Source: Verrucomicrobiota bacterium (GTDB lineage: Bacteria; Verrucomicrobiota; Verrucomicrobiia; Limisphaerales; UBA11358). From it: DNA of 47,768 nucleotides. The stretch is from positions 1-47,768 of the forward strand of contig JBEKSU010000002.1 in the NCBI GenBank assembly GCA_049516755.1, written 5' to 3'. The notes beneath the pieces were generated by a model. The model saw nothing but the letters and a program-made list of their open reading frames with translations. It did no database searches and was not told the origin of the DNA. A program made the translations under genes and the position numbers. Positions 28,080 through 37,786 of this stretch are shown here, one piece after another; positions within the stretch are counted from its first letter, which is position 1; each line of letters starts with the position of its first letter.

Positions 28080-28772
28080 ATGACTGAAACGCCCGGAATG
28101 AAACCGCACCGACCTTTCTGGGGATTGGTCCGCCGCCGGGAGTGTCTGCTCCCCACGTGGCGGGGCTGGCTGCTGCTGCTGCTCACGGGACTGTTGATGG
28201 CAACCGGCGCGGTCAGAAAGGTGCAATCGTTCCTTGCCGTCACCGATCCGGTCGCGGGCGGGGCGCTGGTTGTCGAAGGCTGGGCACCGGACTACGCCTT
28301 GGAGGAGGTGATCACCGAATTCCGGCATCATCATTACACCAAGCTGTATGTCGTCGGTGTGCCGCTGGAAAAGGGCGCGCCCTTGTCCGAATACAAGACG
28401 TATGCGGAACTCGGCGCCGCCACGCTGCTGAAGCTGGGCCTGGATCGGGACAGCGTCCAGGCGGTGCCCACGCCGGCGGTGCGCCAGGACCGCACCTACA
28501 CGTCGGCGCTGGCCTTGAAACAATGGTTGCAGGAACACGACGCCATGCCGGCGGAATTAAACCTGATGTCGTTGGGGGCGCATGCGCGCCGGTCCCGGCT
28601 GTTGTTCGAAAAGGCGTTTGGCCGGGATACCCGGGTGGGAATTATTGCCCTTGAGGACCGCGACTACGACCCCGAGCTTTGGTGGAAATCCAGCCAGGGT
28701 GTGCGGACGGTGACGGATGAACTCATCGCCTATGGTTACGCCCGGCTGTGGTTTCACCCGGGAAAACAGTAG
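28080..28772 (+). CDS. YdcF/DUF218-like membrane-anchored protein
   Basis: N-terminal TM, LVVEGW, RTYTSA, HARRSRLLF, WW..E motifs. Confidence 0.7.
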   Translation: MTETPGMKPHRPFWGLVRRRECLLPTWRGWLLLLLTGLLMATGAVRKVQSFLAVTDPVAGGALVVEGWAPDYALEEVITEFRHHHYTKLYVVGVPLEKGAPLSEYKTYAELGAATLLKLGLDRDSVQAVPTPAVRQDRTYTSALALKQWLQEHDAMPAELNLMSLGAHARRSRLLFEKAFGRDTRVGIIALEDRDYDPELWWKSSQGVRTVTDELIAYGYARLWFHPGKQ

Positions 28773-28818
28773 CGGTTTCAGAAGCTGATTTCTCAAGACC
28801 GAAATGCAAAACAGAATT

Positions 28819-29349
28819 ATGAACGCGACACCAAACGACCAATTCCAGTTCATTCTCGGCCGGCGGAGCATCCGGGTTTATGCGCCCGGCGAAGTCGGCG
28901 AAGCAGCCATCACCCAAATGTTGCAGGCGGCCATGGCGGCGCCCTCGGCGGTGGCCCGGGACCCTTGGCGCTTTGTCGTCATCCGGAAAAAACAAACGCT
29001 GTCAACCATCGCGGCGGCTTTGCCCAACGGCGGCATGCTGGCCACGGCCCCGCTGGGCATTGTCGTCTGCGGCGACCTCGATTCGGCACATGATCGCCAG
29101 CTCAGCTATCTGTTGCAGGATTGTTCGGCAGCCATTGAGAATCTGCTGCTGTGCGCGCATGGTCTTGGTTTGGGCGCCTGCTGGCTGGGGATTCACCCGC
29201 GGGAAGACCGCATCCGGAAGCTCAAGGAGATTCTTCAACTGCCCGCATCGGTCATCCCCATCGCCGGCATTGCCATCGGCCATCCTGGCGAGGAGAAGGA
29301 ACCGCGCACCCGGTTCAACCGCGAATATGTGCATTGGGAGAAGTGGTAA
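28819..29349 (+). CDS. Nitroreductase family protein
   Basis: RRSIR, AMAAPSA..PWRF, DCSAAIENLLL.AH.LGLGACW; start 28804 or 28819. Confidence 0.92.
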   Translation: MNATPNDQFQFILGRRSIRVYAPGEVGEAAITQMLQAAMAAPSAVARDPWRFVVIRKKQTLSTIAAALPNGGMLATAPLGIVVCGDLDSAHDRQLSYLLQDCSAAIENLLLCAHGLGLGACWLGIHPREDRIRKLKEILQLPASVIPIAGIAIGHPGEEKEPRTRFNREYVHWEKW

Positions 29350-29479
29350 TAGGGGAAGCGAAGATGGAAGATGGCGGATGAATGGCGCGAAGATGCAACC
29401 ATGATTCGGAGGACTACGACGCCCTGACTTTTGATTTGGGACTCGCGTCGCTCGCCCCTCCGATAATCTATATTACGGG

Positions 29480-31183
29480 TCAGGGCGCGATTCGTACTTG
29501 GACGCGATAGAATCGCGCGGTGTCGGACGGCGGATTCGTCTCGGTCAGTTCCAGCAAACCCGCATTGCCAGCAATGTCAACCTGCCCGGCCACTGCTGTC
29601 CATGAACCCACGGCCAGATTTGTCCGGCTCTCCAGGGAGTAAAGGCAGTTGAGCACCGAGGGGAAGGACAGGACGCAATTGGTGCCGACGGTGATGGACG
29701 TGATGTGAAGATAATTGGTGTCACAAAAGTTGAGCGCCGCTAGGGCATCCACGCGGCCCCAGCCGTAGATGTTGTTGGGAATGTCAGTGCCCGGAACATC
29801 CCCACACGACTGGGAGTCGGTGCGGGGCACGGCAGAGTTTTCGATGATGTGTTCGATGGTGTCCACCTGTCCCCGGAGTTCCGGGTGTGCCGAAATCAAC
29901 AAAGCCACCACGCCCACGACGTGCGGTCCGGCCATGCTCGTGCCGCTCCAGCCGCTGGCATAACTGTTGACGGGCACGCTGGACCGGATGTTGACCCCGG
30001 GCGCGGAAACATCGGGTTTGAGCCGGTTGCTGCCGTCCACCGTGACCGGGCCGCGGCTGCTGAAAAAGGCGATGTCGTCGCTGCTGTCCGTGGCGCCGAC
30101 GGCGAAGGATGCTTCGTAAATGGCGGGAGAGGTAATCGTGCTGCAACCGGAGCCTTCGTTGCCGGCCGAGACGACGACGACCACGCCGGCGGCACGAAGA
30201 GCTTCAACGGCACTCTGGAAGACGAGGAGATTGGTGGTGCCTTCGGAGGCGTCGGAGTACCACGAGTTGTTGATGACGTCGGGGGCCTTGGCTGGGTCGG
30301 GATTTTGGTCATTGAGATCGGTTGGTGCGAGGAACCATTGGAAACACTCCAGGTAACTGGCGGGGGTGCCCCAATTCCGTTCCATGTTGCGGCAACCGAT
30401 CCATTTGGCGCCGGGGGCCACGCCGATTTGATTGCCCGCGCCGTCGTCGCCGACCATGGTGCCCATGGTGTGCGTGCCGTGGGACCAATCGTCGCACGGC
30501 GCCGTCAGGTTGTAACCGCAGGGATTGTCGCCGGTGTTGTTGGGATTGGGGCCGTGAATGGCGTCGTGCCAGTTGTAATTGTGATTGGCGTTGGTGCCGT
30601 CCCAGCCGCGATAATGATTGATCAGAGCGGGATGATCCCATTGGTAGCCGGTGTCCTGTCCACCCACCACGACGCCCTGTCCGGTGTAGCCCAGCGCCCA
30701 CACGTCAGGCGCGTGAATCTGGGAAACGTTCCACTCCACCGAGGTGGTCAATCTGGGTGAGACGGATGCAGAAGGAATCTCCGGAGCGCGGACTGAGGCA
30801 TTGGCAAGGATGCGGGCGGTGTCGGTTCTTTGCGCCAGGGATTGAACGGCGTGCGAATCGCCGCGCACCCGGATCATGTTTGCCACCCAGAACGGTTGAT
30901 AATCCAGGTGTTGATCCTGAAGCGTTTTCAAGAGCGGCGGCTGGGTGCGTTGGGCCACTTCCTTCAGGTGTTCAAAAACATATCTGCCCTTGGCTTCCTT
31001 GGTCTTCAGCGCGGCGGCACCGCTCAAATCCGCCTGCTCGGACAGGATGACGAGGAATTCATTGGTGGCCGGCGCGCCCTGGAGCAGGCGCGCATCCACC
31101 TTGTCCTGCCAGTTTTCCGGAATCCCGGCCCGGGCCGGCAAAAACGCCAGCGCCAGACAAGCACACGTCACCATCCATTTCAT
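29480..31183 (-). CDS. Secreted S8 (subtilisin/bacillopeptidase F-like) serine peptidase
   Basis: signal peptide, propeptide, DTG, HGTHTMG, SAGN, GTSMA; C-terminal YSLE.RTNL..W..RFYRV tail. Confidence 0.92.
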   Translation of the reverse strand: MKWMVTCACLALAFLPARAGIPENWQDKVDARLLQGAPATNEFLVILSEQADLSGAAALKTKEAKGRYVFEHLKEVAQRTQPPLLKTLQDQHLDYQPFWVANMIRVRGDSHAVQSLAQRTDTARILANASVRAPEIPSASVSPRLTTSVEWNVSQIHAPDVWALGYTGQGVVVGGQDTGYQWDHPALINHYRGWDGTNANHNYNWHDAIHGPNPNNTGDNPCGYNLTAPCDDWSHGTHTMGTMVGDDGAGNQIGVAPGAKWIGCRNMERNWGTPASYLECFQWFLAPTDLNDQNPDPAKAPDVINNSWYSDASEGTTNLLVFQSAVEALRAAGVVVVVSAGNEGSGCSTITSPAIYEASFAVGATDSSDDIAFFSSRGPVTVDGSNRLKPDVSAPGVNIRSSVPVNSYASGWSGTSMAGPHVVGVVALLISAHPELRGQVDTIEHIIENSAVPRTDSQSCGDVPGTDIPNNIYGWGRVDALAALNFCDTNYLHITSITVGTNCVLSFPSVLNCLYSLESRTNLAVGSWTAVAGQVDIAGNAGLLELTETNPPSDTARFYRVQVRIAP

Positions 31184-31382
31184 GCCAAAGGTCATTTTTG
31201 AGGTCGCGATTAATATAACCCCGATTGACGGCGCTGTCATGGATCTTGGAAATTTAGCCGTTTTAAATCAGCGGGAGCCAATCTCGATTGTTAAACAAAG
31301 GCAAAAAAGCGCGAAGGGCACTGCTTGTCGGTCGCCATCCTCTATCCTCAATTTTCAATCCTCGCTTTTTCCACCCGCCGCT

Positions 31383-32399
31383 TTACTCCAACTCCTGGTC
31401 CGTGACGATGTCGTGGAATTTCAGGATGTCGCCCTTTTCGCCCTTGAGTTCGGCTTCCTTGAACTTGATGGCGGTGCGCGGATGCTGGTTGAGCATGCCG
31501 GTCAACAGGTAGGGCAGGTCATAGCCCCACAACAGCTTGGCGCGCATCGGTTCGATGTGGTTTTGCACGCAGCCCAGCACGGGCCGCAGATCGTACTTCG
31601 GGTTGTGGAGAAAACTGATGAGCAGTTCCATCAGACAATTGCCCGCACCGCGGCCCAGGCCGGCCATCGTGGCGTCGAGAAAATTGGCGCCGCCGACGAT
31701 GCCCTCGATGGTGTTGGCGTAGGCGAGCTGGAGATTGTTGTGCATGTGTACGCCCACCTCCATGCCGGCCGGCTTGCAGTGGGAAAGATATTTCTTCACC
31801 AGCAGCCGGATCTGTTCGCTGTAAAACGCCCCGAAGCTGTCCACCAGATAAACGGCCTTCGCTTCGGATTTGGCGAGCATTTCCAGTCCCTCGTCCAGTT
31901 CACGGTCGGGGATGATGGAGGCGGCCATCAGATTGACCGTGGTTTCGTAGCCTTTGTCGTGCGCGTCCTTGACCATCTCCAGCGCGGTGGGAATCTGGCT
32001 GATGTAGGTGGCCACGCGGATCATGTCGATGACCGAATCCTTCTTCGGCAGGATGTCCTCGTGATAATCACACCGTTCCGCGTCCGCCATGACCGTGAGT
32101 TTGAGGTCGCTCGGATTTTCACCAACGATGCGGCGGAGGTCCTCCTCCTGGCAATATTTCCAGCAGCCGTGTTCACCCTGCTTGATGCCTTTGCGCGATG
32201 CCTTGTAGCCGAGTTCCATGTAATCGATGCCCGCGGCGACGCAGGTGTCATAGACCACTTTCACAATCTTGTCATCGAAGTGATGGTTGTTCATCAAGCC
32301 GCCGTCGCGGATGGTGCAATCAACGACCTTGATTTCGGGCCGGAAGGAGAGCCAGCGTCCGGCGGCGGTCTCCCTGGGTTTGGCGGTTTTGGGGCTCAT
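31383..32399 (-). CDS. DRE-TIM metallolyase, 4-hydroxy-2-oxovalerate-aldolase-like (substrate unknown)
   Basis: DCTIRDGG, YLVDSFG, HMHNNLQLA, GLGRGAGN. Confidence 0.85.
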   Translation of the reverse strand: MSPKTAKPRETAAGRWLSFRPEIKVVDCTIRDGGLMNNHHFDDKIVKVVYDTCVAAGIDYMELGYKASRKGIKQGEHGCWKYCQEEDLRRIVGENPSDLKLTVMADAERCDYHEDILPKKDSVIDMIRVATYISQIPTALEMVKDAHDKGYETTVNLMAASIIPDRELDEGLEMLAKSEAKAVYLVDSFGAFYSEQIRLLVKKYLSHCKPAGMEVGVHMHNNLQLAYANTIEGIVGGANFLDATMAGLGRGAGNCLMELLISFLHNPKYDLRPVLGCVQNHIEPMRAKLLWGYDLPYLLTGMLNQHPRTAIKFKEAELKGEKGDILKFHDIVTDQELE

Positions 32400-32629
32400 A
32401 AGTTGGATTTCAAAAATGTATTCGGGCGACATTATCAGGGAAACAGCCTGAAACACAAGGCGGGAGTGAACGAAGACGGGAGCTTTCAGCCTTTCGATGG
32501 TCTGAAATCAGAAGGCATCTTCCGGCGCCAAGGCCATGGATGGACGGGGCGTGGGAGAACACGATTACGGACAGCGGCGAATTTTGTAATTGTTGACTGG
32601 TGCGGAAAAGTTAAAGTGTAACGGTCATT

Positions 32630-33268
32630 ATGAAAAAACTGGTGATTATTCTGTTTGTGCTCGTGGTGCTCGGCCTCCTGATCTTGATTTCGATCCTGGC
32701 GGCAGGCGTGGGTTACAACCATCTCGTCAAACTGTCGCAGGGAGTGGACAGCCAATGGGCGCAGGTGCAAAATGTCTATCAACGCCGGGCCGACCTCGTC
32801 CCCAACCTCGTCGCCACCGTTTCCGGCGCCGCCAATTTCGAGAAATCCACGCTGACGGAAATCACCGCGGCGCGGGCGTCGGTGGGGCAGGTGAAGATTG
32901 ACCCCAATTCCGCGCCGAGCGATCCCGCCAAGCTGGCGGCCTTTGAATCGGCCCAGGGCCAGCTTTCGTCAGCCTTGTCCCGGTTGCTGGTGGTGGTGGA
33001 ACGGTATCCGGATTTGAAGGCGACGGAGAACTTCCGGGATTTGCAGGCGCAACTGGAGGGCACGGAGAACCGCATCAGCGTCGAGCGCCGGGATTTCAAC
33101 ACGGCGGTCCAGAATTACAACACGGCCATCAAATCGTTTCCCGCTATGTTTTACGCCGGGGCCTGCGGCTTCCACGAGAAACCTTATTTTGCCGCCACCG
33201 CCGGCGCCGAGACGCCGCCCAAGGTCCAGTTCAATTTCAACAAACCGGCGGCGGCAACCAATCCTTGA
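32630..33268 (+). CDS. lemA: LemA family protein
   Basis: N-terminal TM, YQRRADLVPNLV, ERYPDLKA, LEGTENRI. Confidence 0.95.
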   Translation: MKKLVIILFVLVVLGLLILISILAAGVGYNHLVKLSQGVDSQWAQVQNVYQRRADLVPNLVATVSGAANFEKSTLTEITAARASVGQVKIDPNSAPSDPAKLAAFESAQGQLSSALSRLLVVVERYPDLKATENFRDLQAQLEGTENRISVERRDFNTAVQNYNTAIKSFPAMFYAGACGFHEKPYFAATAGAETPPKVQFNFNKPAAATNP

Positions 33269-33271
33269 GCC

Positions 33272-34024
33272 GTGCGCCGTCTTTACTTCATCCTGTTTTT
33301 GTTTTTCGGCTTCCGCCTGTTCGCGGTCGAGGTCATCCCGCCCGCGCCGGCGGCCTATTTCAACGATTATGCCCACGTCGTCTCGGCCGGCACGGCGGCG
33401 CAGTTGAATCAGACGCTCGAAGATTTCGAGCGCCAAAGCTCCGATCAAATCCTCGTGGCCGTTTTCCCGAAGATGCAGTCGGACTCGTCCATCGAGGATT
33501 ACACCGTGCGCGTGGCGCGGTCGTGGCAGGTGGGGCAAAAGAACAAAAACAACGGGGCGGTGCTGTTCGTTTTCGTCCAGGACCACAAGATGTTTCTGGA
33601 GGTCGGCTACGGATTGGAAGGTGTGCTGCCCGACGCACTCTGCAAGCGGATCATTGACGAGCAGATTACACCGCATTTCAAAGCGGGCGATTTCGACGGC
33701 GGCCTGACGGCGGGGGTGCAGGCAATCCTCGCGGCGGCCAAGGGCGAATACAAGGGAACCGGAACGACGGTGGCGGAGCATTTGCAACATTTGAAACAAA
33801 TCCTTCCGGGAATTTTCGCCATCGCCGTGCTCGTTTTGATTTTTATCATATTCTTGCGCGGCGGAAACTTGGGCAGCAGTTACTCGGTCTGGACGATTGG
33901 CAGTGGCGGGAGTTTGGGCGGGTGGGGCGGCGGTGGATTTTCGGGTGGAGGCGGCTTTTCGGGTGGAGGATTCAGTGGCGGCGGCGGCAGTTTTGGCGGC
34001 GGCGGCGCGGGAGGAGGCTGGTAG
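33272..34024 (+). CDS. TPM-domain (YgcG-like) membrane protein with Gly-rich tail
   Basis: NDYA, WQVG, NGAVL, EVGYGLEG.LPD, TM, GGFSGGGGSFGGGGAGGGW. Confidence 0.92.
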   Translation: MRRLYFILFLFFGFRLFAVEVIPPAPAAYFNDYAHVVSAGTAAQLNQTLEDFERQSSDQILVAVFPKMQSDSSIEDYTVRVARSWQVGQKNKNNGAVLFVFVQDHKMFLEVGYGLEGVLPDALCKRIIDEQITPHFKAGDFDGGLTAGVQAILAAAKGEYKGTGTTVAEHLQHLKQILPGIFAIAVLVLIFIIFLRGGNLGSSYSVWTIGSGGSLGGWGGGGFSGGGGFSGGGFSGGGGSFGGGGAGGGW

Positions 34025-34027
34025 GTT

Positions 34028-34426
34028 ATGCACCCCAAACATTTTTCAAAACATGTGCAGCACGAGAGCATCGTGGCGGCGATTCGTGAGGCCGAAAGCA
34101 GGACGTCCGGCCGGATCCATGTCAGCATCAGCCCCAATCACATTGACGACCCGGTCGTTGCCGCGCAGGTGGAATTCATGCGCCTGGGCCTGAACCAGTC
34201 GCCGGAACGGAATGGCGTTCTGATCTTTGTGGCGCCGCGCTCGCACAAGTTTGCGGTGATTGGCGATGAAGGGGTGCATGCAAAGTGCGGCGACGAATTC
34301 TGGCGGAAGCTGGCGGACGCCATGACCGGGTACTTCCGCAAATCCGAATTCACGCCGGGCATCATCCACGGCGTGCAAAAGGCCGGCGACCTGCTGGCGG
34401 AACATTTCCCGCATCAGCGCGGATGA
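34028..34426 (+). CDS. Small TPM-domain protein
   Basis: AIREAESRTSG, RNGVLIF, IGDEG, LAEHFP; third gene of the LemA/TPM trio. Confidence 0.88.
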   Translation: MHPKHFSKHVQHESIVAAIREAESRTSGRIHVSISPNHIDDPVVAAQVEFMRLGLNQSPERNGVLIFVAPRSHKFAVIGDEGVHAKCGDEFWRKLADAMTGYFRKSEFTPGIIHGVQKAGDLLAEHFPHQRG

Positions 34427-34439
34427 CCTGGCCGGATTT

Positions 34440-34635
34440 AACCGCAAAGAACGGGGAAATCTACAGAAGGCAACAAAGGAGGAAAATAGCTTTGGACTTT
34501 GTTATCTTCGTTTCCTTCTGTAACACAAAAACGGGTCTGATCTTTATGTTCTCTGAAGCGCCAAGGGATTGCGCCCCACCTTCTGTACCTTTTTGCGCCC
34601 ATCAAATCCGTGTCCATCTGAGTTCATCCGTGGTT
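34440..34635. repeat. Stack of degenerate short-unit repeats/inverted repeats
   Basis: tacagaaggcaacaaag ... cttcgtttccttctgta (34462-34522); ccttctgtacctttttgcg; atccgtgtcc atctgagttc atccgtgg. Confidence 0.55.
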
Positions 34636-34713
34636 GAAAACTCCTTGCTGCTGCATCAGTGTAATTGACAGGGCGCATTAATTTTGCACAAATGCGCTAA
34701 ATATGATTTCATC

Positions 34714-36696
34714 ATGATGACGCCAGACCAGGCCATATCGACGGATTCGCTGCTGCAGGAGAACCGCACGTTCCCGCCTGCGCCGGAATCCCTCAAGCGC
34801 GCGCACCTCAACGCCGCCCAATTCAACGCGCTTTACCAGCGTTCCCTCCGCGAGCCGGATAAATTCTGGCTGGAACAGGCCGCGACGCTCGACTGGTTCA
34901 AAAAACCGACCGTCGCCGGCAAACATACCTGGGACACCGATGCCCGGAAAATCCAGCACACCTGGTTCGAGGACGGCCAACTCAACGTCACGGTCAACTG
35001 CCTCGATCGCCATCTCAAAACCAAAACGCGCGACAAGGTCGCCATCATCTGGCAGGGCGAGCCGGAGGAGGAGGTCAAAAAGTTGACCTTTGCGGAATTG
35101 CACGCGGAGGTTTGCCGGTTCGCCAACGGGTTGAAATCGCTGGGTGTCAAAAAGGGTGACCGGGTGGCGGTTTACCTGCCGATGATTCCCGAGGCCGCCG
35201 TCGCCTTGCTCGCCTGTGCGCGCATCGGCGCGATCCATTCCGTGGTGTTCGGCGGGTTCAGCGCGGATTCACTCAGCGGCCGCATCAACGATTCCACCTG
35301 CAAGCTGCTCATCACCGCGAACGTCTCGTTGCGTGGCGGCAAAAGCATTTCGCTCAAGAGCATTGCCGATGAGGCGTTGCAGAAAACCCCGAGCATCGAG
35401 AAGGTCGTTGTCGTCAAACGCAACAGCGAACCCTGCAACCTCGTCGCCGGCCGCGATGTCTGGTATCACGACCTCATCGCAAAAGCGTCGCCGGATTGTC
35501 CGCCCGAGCCGATGAACGCCGAGGATTTCCTGTTCATCCTGTACACGTCCGGTTCCACCGGCAAACCCAAGGGTGTGGTGCACAGCACCGCCGGTTATCT
35601 TTTGTGGACCTCACTCACGCACAAATACGTCTTCGACATCCATGACGACGACGTCTATTTCTGCACTGCGGACATCGGCTGGGTGACCGGCCACAGCTAT
35701 GTCGTTTACGGCCCGCTCTGCAATGGCGGAACGACGCTGATGTTTGAGGGCATCCCGACGTTTCCCGACGCCGGGCGGTTCTGGAAAATTGTCGAGAAGT
35801 TCAAGGTTACCGCGTTTTACACCGCGCCGACGGCCATCCGCGCGCTCATCCGGCTCGGCGACGAGTGGGCGGCCAAACACGACCTGAGCTCGCTGCGCGT
35901 GCTCGGCTCGGTGGGTGAACCCATCAATCCCGAGGCCTGGATGTGGTATCACCGGAACGTCGGCCGCGGCCGTTGCCCGATCTGCGACACGTGGTGGCAG
36001 ACGGAGACCGGCGGATTCATGATCACACCGTTGCCCGGCGTCAACACCCTCAAACCCGGCAGCGCGAGCCGTCCGTTCTTTGGCGTGGAACCGGTGGTGT
36101 TGCGTGACGACGGCACGGAATGCGCGCCAAACGAAGGCGGCAAATTGTGCATCAAACGGCCGTGGCCCGGCATCATGCGCACCACCTGGGGCGATCATGA
36201 CCGTTTCATAAACACCTATTTCTGCACGTTCAAGAATATGTATTTTACCGGCGACGGTTGCCGGGTGGATGCCGACGGCGATTATTGGCTGCTCGGGCGC
36301 GTGGACGACGTGGTGAACGTCTCCGGCCATCGCATTGGCACGTCGGAAGTCGAGAGCGCGCTGGTGAGCCATCCCAAAGTGGCCGAGGCCGCAGTCGCGC
36401 CCATGCCGCACGACATCAAGGGCCAGGCGCTCTACGCCTTCGTCACGCTCAAGGAAGGAATCTTCGAAACCGAGGAATTGAAAAAGGAACTTGCAGCGCA
36501 CGTCCGCAAGGAAATCGGGGCCATCGCGGTGCCGGACAGGATTCAATTTGCACCCGGCCTGCCGAAGACGCGTTCGGGCAAGATCATGCGCCGCATTCTG
36601 CGCAAGATTGCCGAGAACCAGACCGACCAGATCGGCGACATCTCGACCCTCGCCGATTCGCACGTGGTGGAGGCGCTGGTGAAGGGGAAGCAGTGA
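34714..36696 (+). CDS. acs: Acetyl-CoA synthetase (AMP-forming)
   Basis: [57 protein letters not shown]. Confidence 0.97.
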   Translation: MMTPDQAISTDSLLQENRTFPPAPESLKRAHLNAAQFNALYQRSLREPDKFWLEQAATLDWFKKPTVAGKHTWDTDARKIQHTWFEDGQLNVTVNCLDRHLKTKTRDKVAIIWQGEPEEEVKKLTFAELHAEVCRFANGLKSLGVKKGDRVAVYLPMIPEAAVALLACARIGAIHSVVFGGFSADSLSGRINDSTCKLLITANVSLRGGKSISLKSIADEALQKTPSIEKVVVVKRNSEPCNLVAGRDVWYHDLIAKASPDCPPEPMNAEDFLFILYTSGSTGKPKGVVHSTAGYLLWTSLTHKYVFDIHDDDVYFCTADIGWVTGHSYVVYGPLCNGGTTLMFEGIPTFPDAGRFWKIVEKFKVTAFYTAPTAIRALIRLGDEWAAKHDLSSLRVLGSVGEPINPEAWMWYHRNVGRGRCPICDTWWQTETGGFMITPLPGVNTLKPGSASRPFFGVEPVVLRDDGTECAPNEGGKLCIKRPWPGIMRTTWGDHDRFINTYFCTFKNMYFTGDGCRVDADGDYWLLGRVDDVVNVSGHRIGTSEVESALVSHPKVAEAAVAPMPHDIKGQALYAFVTLKEGIFETEELKKELAAHVRKEIGAIAVPDRIQFAPGLPKTRSGKIMRRILRKIAENQTDQIGDISTLADSHVVEALVKGKQ

Positions 36697-36713
36697 GAGT
36701 TGAAGGCGGTGGA

Positions 36714-36750
36714 AACATCGAACATTCAACATTCAACTCTGAACATCGAA
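36714..36750. repeat. Heptamer tandem repeat (~AACATYS x5)
   Basis: aacatcg aacattc aacattc aactctg aacatcg just after the acs stop. Confidence 0.8.
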
Positions 36751-36912
36751 TTTCGGAGATAGAAGCTGACGCGATGCTTACACTGTTGATAACACCATAG
36801 CCGAAAAGCGGCGCGGTCGTGCTGGAACCGGCGCCGGCAAAATAACCGGCGGCATCGGATTTTTCCCGAACTGAACCCCCATTTCCATCTCGAAGGACTG
36901 GCGCATAATCTG

Positions 36913-37488
36913 GTGCCGCTTGTTTTGACATGTCACATCAGATTTTCTAGGCTCGACGCATGGCGAAAAGGCCGCTATCAATGTACCTTTTATGGCGGCG
37001 CATTACTTGCGCGCACACAATTTGCTTCACCAGAAACAGCTGAAGGCGAATTGGTCAATTTATTTCGAGTGAATCCGAATATCGTTGTTGTCTGTGATGG
37101 TGATCGAACTGCGGAAAACGGAAAAGGCTCGACAATCAAAGAGCGAGTAAATCGAATAAAAGCCGAGGTGGAAAAAATTCCGAACGCTCACATTTGGATC
37201 ACCGATGCAAAAGAAATTGAGAATTATTTGCCGGGGTATGTTTTGGATAAGGCTTTCAAGCATTCGAATCTTCCCAGCCCGGGCAAATTCGAGTTTTTCT
37301 TTCCAAGGGAAAGTAATGTAGAAAAAACTTCATATTTGGAAAGCCGCTTGAATCGTAAAAGTGTGGATAAAATGGAACTCACATCAGAAACCTGTCGGCA
37401 CATGACAAAAGAAATGATGCAGCAACGTTTTGAGCTTGCAGAACAAATTGCAGCTATTATTTCAAAGATCCAAAGTTGGAATTCTTAA
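36913..37488 (+). pseudogene. AT-rich remnant: C-terminal TOPRIM-like part of an OLD-family/ATP-dependent nuclease
   Basis: FYGG..L, VVVCDGDR (DxD), KEIENYL; no Walker A/ATPase domain and no convincing start; visibly AT-richer than neighbours. Confidence 0.55.
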
Positions 37489-37786
37489 ATTATTACCGGG
37501 GCGTTGCCCCGCGCTATTTTCTGTCAGCCTTGCAGGCTTTCAATTGGTGCGAATTCGTGCAATTCGTGTCAGATGTTTTTCAGGTCTTTTGCGCCTTTTG
37601 ACGGTCCTTGCCCGCCAGGAAGCAACGAATGGTGCTTCTTTGGCAAAAAAGGTGATGGTGTCCGGTCGGCGGTAATTTAAACTGATTTCGGTGTCGTCGG
37701 TCGCCGGAGAAGCTCTTATGAGCTGACCGACTTGACGGCCATTTTCGATGTCGCAGTGAATTTGAATTAATAAATTTTTCACAACT

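Noticed and set aside
34665-34697. TTGACA plus GCGCATT-N11-AATGCGC palindrome upstream of acs as promoter/operator
   Set aside because: No credible -10 at correct spacing; the palindrome alone is insufficient
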